Of a stretch of 64,000 nt of DNA, positions 55,284 to 64,000 are shown piece after piece; positions within the stretch are counted from its first letter, which is position 1; each line of letters starts with the position of its first letter. The stretch comes from Auanema rhodensis. Taxonomy: Eukaryota > Animalia > Nematoda. The position numbers were made by a program, and so were the translations under genes. The stretch is from NCBI GenBank assembly GCA_964057225.1, contig OZ059896.1:7564001-7628000 (forward strand), given 5' to 3'. The notes under the pieces were generated by a model. It was not told the origin of the DNA and did no database searches. It saw only the letters and a program-made list of their open reading frames with translations.

Positions 55284-55748
55284 ATGTGGCCAAATCATGA
55301 AAGAGAGAAATCAACCTTTTATCCGCCTAATTATATTCCATTTTTTTCAACAGATACATTAATGTCTGTGTTAATTCCTTTATTGGCAATCATATTTGTA
55401 GTTGTAATAGGTAAATTATTTAAAATTATATGTTTAACCGTAATTATGAATTTTAGTTCTTGTACTTGTATATTTTATACGAAGATGGCGAGAAACATCT
55501 ACCGGTACTTACATTGATGAAGAAGAAGACATTATTATTCGGCCATTAACTCCACGGTACTTAAGCTTTTCTCTGATATGTTCAATATCTAGACTTTCAG
55601 ACCAGAAAGTTTCCGGAGGAACTCAGCTCAAGCACAATATCGGCTTTTAATTCAGAGTAAATTTGAGAAAGAATTTGGAGTTGGAGCTGCACGGTTAGAA
55701 AATGGATTGTTGATGCCAGTTCGTATCATAGAACCTAACTACGTTTAA
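55284..55748 (+). CDS. Small single-pass membrane protein, 3 exons
   Basis: [24 protein letters not shown], then [16 protein letters not shown], ending IIEPNYV*; two short GT-AG introns keep the frame. Confidence 0.7.
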
Positions 55749-55995
55749 ACTTTTTCAACAGTCTTTAGTCTTCACCGAAAAATCACAATCACGAGTATAA
55801 GAAATGCGATTTTATGTCACTTAATGAATATCTAATTATATTTTTTCTTCGAATATTTATATTACAAGGAAATAATAAAATGAATCCATGCATTTACAAA
55901 TCCTAATGTTTTAGATTAAAGAATAGTATGGTCATGTGAGATCTTACATCGAATTTTTGATAATTCATGCAAATATTTTGTATTTATTTTTGGAC

Positions 55996-57559
55996 TTATT
56001 TATCAGATCTATTCAATTTCCTTTTTTCCAAACTGGCAACAACTATTTCCTGATAGTGATCACGCCCTAATAACTCGTATGCTGTCCTCAATGAAAACAT
56101 AGCCATTTTCTCCAAAGAAGAATAATTAGCCAGAAATAGCCAATGACCAAATTCCAAACCCATTCCGAAATCACATTCGTCATTTGCGAACTTTAAATAA
56201 AATTTAAAATTCAAACTAGAAGTAAACCCATACCTGGACAAATGTAAAAAGCTCGCTGATTTTAGCTAATTTTTTCTTCTTCAGTTCTTCACTAGATGTT
56301 GTACCAATAAATTCTAACGTTTTTCTCATGAATACTGACAAAAATTATGATTAATGAGCAGAGCAAATGATTTACACCTGCACTTTCTGGAATCTCTCTG
56401 TACCCAACATCATTCACAACTTTTACATAAATTCCTAAAGGATGGGGAGGTGTTCCCAGCTTAAAAATGAAATTTTTAAAACCAATGTTTGATACAAAAC
56501 CTTCAATTTTTTTCGATCCTTTAATACTTCGGTTCGTGATTTCTTTAATGAAGTGACGGATAGGTCGGAAGGTAGAAAAGTATCCAATTGTTTATCTTTT
56601 TCACCTATTAAATGTAGCAACATGTGTTCATATTTTGAGCCAATAAGCTAAACATATTATCTTTCATCTGTTTCCATAGCAAGAATAATCTACCTCAATA
56701 GTCGGGAAATGATCTTTGCCGTCGGAATGAACAATCAAGAAATTTTCATCTTTGGGATCATCTCTCCAAATGGCATAGTGTCCATTATCACATATAAGAA
56801 ATGTTTGCATTTCCGGAAGATCAGTGGGAAAACGATGATGCATTAGAAATTGCTCTTCTGAAACCAAAACGTTCAGAAGATAAAAGATCTTTGGATATTT
56901 CTAACCAGATATGTCAAGAGATCCTTCCAATTGTTCAAACACTCCTACAAGTTCAGCAGAAAAATAAGCAGAAAACGACTCTATAACTTAATTATGACAA
57001 CAGCAAAAACTTGAGTATTAACTTCTGGGATTAGCATTCTTGAGAGATAATATATGAGTCCAAAACAATTCTGTGGCCCGATCAACTTTATAGTATTCCT
57101 TTGTTATTTTCTTTGGCCTACAACAAGAACATGAAAGCCATAGTAGTAATATATTAACAAACATAGTTGAATTATCTTTGTTAGCTTTCAATGTATCATT
57201 AGACGACAATTTTGCTTTTTTAGCGCAGGGCTCAAAGCAACTGGATTCTTGATTTTCAGACTCCTGATCAACGTGGTCGACAGAATTAACAGGAATAACT
57301 TTGAAAAACTGTGAGAAAATAGATATGACATTTCTATACACAAACTTACATTACTTATTTTAGCTTTACCACCTTTCTTTTTCTCTTTTTCTTCTTTTTC
57401 CTTAAGCGAACTGGGACCTTCATTAGAATTAAGAATTTTGGAGTTCCCCATTTGCCTAGTTTTTATGGTTGGTTCAATTATCCTTTCTGAGTGAAACTTC
57501 TTGACATGATCACGGTTTTTTCGATAGCATTCATTTCCAAACTTACAAGACTCTTCCAT
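55996..57559 (-). CDS. HPF1: Histone PARylation factor 1 with N-terminal PBZ zinc finger
   Basis: CKFGNECYRKNRDH..FH (PBZ), HRFPTDLPEMQT, WRDDP, FANDECDFGMGLEFG. Confidence 0.9.
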
Positions 57560-57729
57560 TCTTCAATTGAAGATATCACATAATGCTTGTTAACCGTTAA
57601 AAATATATCAAAGCATAATTAGCCAAACGAATTGCTGAACATATTGTTAAATAATTTTTATTAAACCTATTGAAGAAACAACAAATAACAGCTATATATA
57701 ATACAATACTATCTAAATTTCTACTATAT

Positions 57730-58684
57730 TTATGACGATTCTTTAGGAGATTGCTCAGGCTTTACCTATATGTACAATTTATTAATTATTCAAGTTTATT
57801 GAACTCACATTTGGTCTGTTCGTTGGATCAAAGGGACTAGGCAACTTCAATCCTGATTTAGCTTCAAAGAATGTATAGCTCAACAAAATATTGTCTAAAA
57901 ATTCCAGATTTGGATCATTCGCATAATCAGGATCAATAAAGAAGAATACAGGCAGATCAACCTCAAAAAAACAGATTATTTAATTTGAAACATTAATATT
58001 TTAACCTGCTCCCCAGGATTTAAGATTTGCTCTTCGAAACAAAAGCACTGAATTTTATTGAAATAATAAGCGGCTTGGAAAGGTGTCAAGTTATAGCTAG
58101 AAATTCCAATGATAGGCTTATCAGTTGGATTACGAGCAGTATAAAAAGCTAAAGCTGTTTCTCCTGGATGAACATACATCTAAAAAAATGATAATTTATA
58201 ATATTTTTAAAAATATACTCTGCACCTCCAGTTGTTGAGGTTTGAACTCCCATTGCATACTAGATGGTACATCAGAGTTGAACTGAACTCTAATCAATCT
58301 ATCTTCCACTTTTTTCATGTTCGCTATTTTTTCAAAATCCGAAGCAACCTAAAAGATATGAATTAGCTTAGAATAATAATTTCATGAAGATACTTGTGTT
58401 AAGCCACCAAAGGAAGTTTGTTCACAAAAAATACGATAGGCTGGAATAGCAGCAAAAGTGACGCCGATAGCTACAACACCCAGACTAACCACATAGTACA
58501 TATAATCTCTTGTTTTTGCATTCGATTTTTGTTGCTAAAATTTGTTTTCACTATCTGAGACAACTTTTAATATTAATACTCTATTGAAATATCTGATCTG
58601 TTGATTAGGTTTCACTGTTTTGAAGATGTTGGATATTGGATTATTACATGTTAGACTAGAACGAAAAAGGCGGGATAACGACAT
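57730..58684 (-). CDS. cox-11: Cytochrome c oxidase copper chaperone COX11
   Basis: PAYRIFC, VHPGETALAFY, FNKIQCFCFEEQ, VDLPVFFFIDP. Confidence 0.96.
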
Positions 58685-58781
58685 CTGAAAACGTTTTAGG
58701 AAAATTACTGTTCCAAGTACTGCATAATTAAAATACTAAATGGACGATACCATTAATAAAAACAATAGGATTCAGTTATCT

Positions 58782-59416
<635 letters not shown>

Positions 59417-59575
59417 TAGAATGACTATCATAATGAAAAATATAATTCTTCATAACTTTGGCAAAGTACAGATAGGAAATCAACCAATTATTAACACATA
59501 AATTGCATTTGTTACAATTACCACCAGGATATTGGAGATAGCGAGATCTTGAAAGCGTTAAGATTATCAATTTCT

Positions 59576-61307
59576 TTACATTAAATTGGAGGCGCTTGTT
59601 ATAATTTGTTCCAAACACCGACCAAATTCTCGTAAGACAAGACGTTCCATAGCTTCCATGGTTTTATCGCCTGCGTCGCCTTTGGAAAGCTGAAACAAAT
59701 CACCATTATTCAAATAATCACTTATAAAACATACTGATTCCTCAGACTGCGCTACCATGCATAGCGTTGCGGCTTCAATAACTTCGTCAGTCATATAAAA
59801 CCAAGGATAAGCCCTTGGGTCAGGTTCATTTGGTTCATTATCACTTTCTTCATCTGATATAGGGGAATCTGCTCGACTGTTGGCTGAAGATATAGCGGCG
59901 GTAGCAGCATTTGCTAAATTCATAAGAGCAGAATTAGTAACTCTGAAAATTAATAATGTATGACACAACACAATACTATATTAGCTACTTGTCCTTTATT
60001 CGAGATTGCCTATCATGCTCAGTATTCTGGCACCCTTTGCATTTACATCTTTCCGTACAAGGAACTTTGGCCTAAAGTTTGTTATTTGCATTGAAAGAAA
60101 AAAAAAACCGACTTCATAGCATTCACAATAGTTTTTTAAGCACCCGCTTTTTTTACAATGACAACCTTTTTGATGCAAGCGTTCAATATCAGCCTGGCCA
60201 GCTTTAGTAACACCTACGATATACTAAAATTATTTAATTCATTTTTACAATACTCACCAATTTTAGGTTTGAAAGCGTTTGGATTTCTTTCTAAAGATTG
60301 CTTTATAGCTCTGGTCCTATCAGCTTCATGTTCCAAATTATTATGGCAATCTTTACAGTTACAATCACGACAAAATTCTCCATTAGCAAAGCAATCACAG
60401 TATAACTTAAGGCACATAGATTTAGTACAATTGCAAGGTTTTTTTTGTCCTATTGTTGGTTTCCTAAATAGGACAAGTGAAAAAGATTAATAAAGAAATA
60501 CAATACCTTTTGGGTTTCACAGGCCTTTCGACATTAATATGAGACGAATTGGTACCAGAATACGGAGAACAGTATTCTCGTTTCACTTGGTGAAATGTTG
60601 TAGAAGGTTGCATAGAATAAGAGTAAGTTTTAGGAGCTGCTGTTTCCACTAGGTGGTATGGATGGTTGGCAGACTTTTGTTCCGCCATATGAGAGGACTG
60701 TAATTTATTAGAACCTAAATTTCTAAGAACTTATTACTAACCATTACAGGTTTAGAAGTATTATTTGACACATACTTATACAGAGTATTTCGCGTTGGAT
60801 TACTCGTAGAAGGGGAATTTTTTTGAACTCGTATCATCTGAAAAACTAACTTAAAATGGAAGATAAACTCTACAACCTCACTGCCTCTGATAGCAAATAT
60901 TGTAGATCCAGACTCATTATGTTGCTGTGATTGATAATGTGCACTGTTAGAACTAGAGTATTGACGCTAATAAATCGAGATTTCGGTTTGAACTGCATAG
61001 AAATATACCCCTGGTAACGAACTGGAACTTGGATGCACTTGCATTTGTTGCTGATTATCTATTGGTATCTCATTAGCAACATATCTACCATCATCATAAG
61101 GAATATATTCTTCTTCATACTCAATGTATTCGCCTCCATTGTCAAGATACATGCCATCTACATCATCTATTTCATGATAAACCTGTAAAATACCAAACTA
61201 CTAAAAAAAAAAAGAAAAAAAAACTGAAGTGACTGTAAAGCTTAACAACTAACCTCTTCTCCCTCCATATCATTAAGCCCGTGTCCAATGTCAGGCTTAC
61301 TTCCCAT
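59576..61307 (-). CDS. lin-54: LIN-54, DREAM/MuvB subunit (CXC-hinge-CXC)
   Basis: [46 protein letters not shown] and C-terminal [10 protein letters not shown]. Confidence 0.96.
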
Positions 61308-61410
61308 ATTTTTTCAATATTTCATAAAAAATACATTGGATTTTCAAAAAGCAAAAATTATCTGTTCAATTTCAGTGCTGGCGCATTTCGAGTGCGAAAA
61401 GGGCAAACGT

Positions 61411-61426
61411 TTTGAATTTGCCGCGC
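61411..61426. promoter_or_regulatory. CHR plus E2F-like (DREAM) site in the lin-54/rpl-12 divergent promoter
   Basis: TTTGAA directly abuts TTTGCCGCGC; minus strand reads GCGCGGCAAATTCAAA. Confidence 0.6.
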
Positions 61427-61548
61427 TGAGACTGCTGCGCATCAACTGAATAGGCAGTGGATACGCAGCAAAATCTTCGTGCTACGAAATTCCTATAGCA
61501 ATTCACTTGTGAAGTCATCCTCCCAAGTGGCTGGTAGACAGATTAAAT

Positions 61549-62327
61549 ATGCCTCCAAAGTTCGACCCCAATGAGATTAAGATTGGTAAGTATTTGTTAT
61601 AATTATTATGAAATTTATATAATTATGTATTTTAGTCTACCTCCGTTGTGTAGGAGGAGAAGTCGGAGCTACCTCTGCTCTTGCTCCAAAGGTTGGACCT
61701 CTTGGTCTCTCTCCAAAGAAAGTTGGAGAAGACATTGCCAAGGCTACACAAGACTGGAAGGGTCTTAAGGTCACATGCAAGCTGACCATCCAGAACCGTC
61801 AAGCTAAGATCGACGTTGTTCCATCCGCTGCTTCCCTCATCATCAAGGAGTTGAAGGAGCCACCCAGAGACCGCAAGAAGGTTAAAAATGGTATGCGCCT
61901 TGGGCAGAGGGTCGGGAGTTCACATGCTCTCATCCCCCAGTCTTTTGTTTCTTAATTGACATGGGCTGGTAACGCTTTGGTGTTTACTTGAGCTGTGAGT
62001 TTACCAGTTACTGCTGTCGGACCCCCAATCCCCCTCGTTATTGAGTTTCTAATACCTATTCACTCGTTATATTTTAGTGAAGCACTCCGGTGACTTGACC
62101 ATTGATACCATCATCAAGATTGCCCGTATCATGCGTCCAAGATCCATGGCCAAGAAATTGGAAGGTACCGTAAAGGAAATCCTCGGTAAGTTAAACAAAA
62201 AAAAACCGGTTGATAAAATTGTTTTTCAGGAACTGCTCAATCCGTTGGGTGCACTATCGGAGGACACCACCCCCATGATGTCATCGACCAGATCGCCAAT
62301 GGAGATATTGAAATCCCCTCCGAGTGA
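61549..62327 (+). CDS. rpl-12: 60S ribosomal protein uL11 (L12), 4 exons
   Basis: [44 protein letters not shown]. Confidence 0.98.
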
Positions 62328-62705
62328 TTCTGTTGTTGTTACTGTTTTATAAATTGTTATCTCGCATGATTGTGTTTCGGAAATTGTTTTAAGTTACAGC
62401 TTTACCGGTACGAACCAACATTGGCATAAATCGAAAAAAGTTTGAAATTTTAATTTGGATGTAACTTGTTAGGGATGGGTGGTACCATGATAGGGTGGAA
62501 ATGATAATAGTATAATATGAGTGGCTGATAAGGGTATTTGTTTTGGCGGTTCTATAGGTCATTAGCATATAATATTAGGCTAAGATTAAATTAACTGCGT
62601 ATCGGAAGTTGTCTTTAAAAAAATTATGATCCTTCAGTGTTGACAACTCTGATTTGTTGAGAGGTTTTATTTTATAACAATGCTGTAACGTAATTATGTC
62701 GAAAA

Positions 62706-63277
62706 TTGGCGCGAAAGCGACGGTTTCTTTTGTTTAAATCTTGATCGTGTCGTTGGTTCAGGGATGTGGGGGATCTTTCTGACAGGTTGCTTTGGGTTCA
62801 CTTTCTTATTCCTGCTTGAATATTTATTTGTTTTTCATTAGAAGTGGCTAAAAACATTATTTTCCTTGTGGGTTAATTTTCTATTAAAGATTTCTACATT
62901 TTGCAGTGATTGTATTACTGTTGACTCATGTACATATTCTTTGATATAGAAGACAATTGATCAGAGGACTCCCGAGTGGTGGATAAATTCATTAGATTAA
63001 CAAGCGTTTTTCGCGCATAGGTAGTTTACCTTTTTATCTTTTTGAGTGACGCCTTATCTTATTGACGATTGGAGCTGCAACTACTACGGAAACGCACTCA
63101 TGGCAATAGAACTGCAGCTGTTAAATATTTTCATTATTTGTTTCATATAATTTCACTTCATTTTCAACAATTAATCCCCGACCTCTTGCTGTGAGTATGT
63201 AAATGATCACATCTGCGGCTAGCGCAGAAAATCTACTTCATCTAAGTTCGGTGCGGCTGTTGCCGTTTTGGCGCCAA
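62706..63277 (+). promoter_or_regulatory. Cluster of three canonical E2F sites
   Basis: TTGGCGCGAAA at 62706-62716, TTTCGCGC at 63009-63016, TTTGGCGC at 63267-63274. Confidence 0.6.
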
Positions 63278-63632
63278 TATCGTAGAGAGGATCGATCGAT
63301 GAATACGGTTGTGAGGGGGGTTGGTATTTTAGCTGTGTGAGGCAGACAGGCTGCGTAAGCACATGGGCAAGGTCAAGCAGTGAGGAAGAGATGGTTGGCT
63401 TGGTTGACCCCTACTGCACAGCACAGTCTCCACCTTCTTTTCATGCATATTTGTGTGTTAACCCACAACTGTTTTGGCTGCATATGCCGTGCTTGTTTCC
63501 AGCTTATTTCATTATTATACAATATACTTTCTTAAAATGCTAGAATATTTCATAATATATAATTATATCCTTTTTTAAACATAAAATCATCAAACTTGTT
63601 AAAAATGCTAAAGAATTTTTGTTTTAAGCTCT

Positions 63633-63962
63633 ATGTGGGAAGGACCCTCCTGGCTCGTAGCTGAACGTGAAGCTAATCAAGCTCTTCAGGAAGCAAGTCC
63701 ACCCAATAAGTGGCCTAGAGTTACTACACCTCCAAGCAGACGACAGTCGCTGCTTAGTAATATTGACGACTCCGGAATAGGTTTATCATTTTGTAGCCCA
63801 CCAATTTCTCAAAAGGTTTGTTGACAGTTTTTTATAAAATTGTAGTGTGGTGTAAAAAATGAAACAAGATATCGAATTTTAGGGAGCCGTCAGGACCTCC
63901 CCGCTTAGAACTCCTAAAACTCGTACAATTGTGCACATGAGTACAACACCTTCACCTTTCCG
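63633..63962 (+). CDS. 5' part of an unidentified SP/TP-rich protein, truncated by the window end
   Basis: Exons 63633-63815 and 63883-63962 join in frame: MWEGPSWL...DDSGIGLSFCSPP..SPLRTPK..TPSPFR. Confidence 0.7.
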
Positions 63963-64000
63963 GTTAGTATCTATTATTAATAATGCGCATGTTTCAAATT

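Overview
AT-rich eukaryotic genomic DNA from a rhabditid-type (clade V-like) nematode, judged from cuticle collagens, ~45-60 nt introns, trans-splice-like acceptors just before ATGs and operon-like spacing. I reconstructed about 22 spliced protein genes by hand: two cuticle collagens (one intronless and nested on the same strand inside a pdzd-8 intron), ECSIT, rpl-20, cytochrome c, a MECR paralog ending in -SKL, FNIP, a small CYSTM gene, an SLC35B4-like transporter, PDZD8, an ephrin, TMEM144, an unknown 4-TM protein, phosphoserine phosphatase, a C-type lectin, a small single-pass membrane protein, a candidate operon lin-54/adat-2/cox-11/HPF1, rpl-12, and the 5' end of an unidentified gene preceded by three E2F sites. 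Intergenic spacers hold GA/AT microsatellites and very decayed LINE reverse-transcriptase fragments. The best leads are the probable peroxisomal MECR paralog, the same-strand nested collagen, the rpl-12 intron with an unproductive-splicing signature, frequent AAG/GAG splice acceptors, and a multi-hairpin intergenic element near 12.9-13.0 kb. I found no tRNA, rRNA or CRISPR array and no clearly novel multi-gene system. CDS coordinates span start to stop including introns and are manual predictions; family assignments are from motif recall, not database searches.
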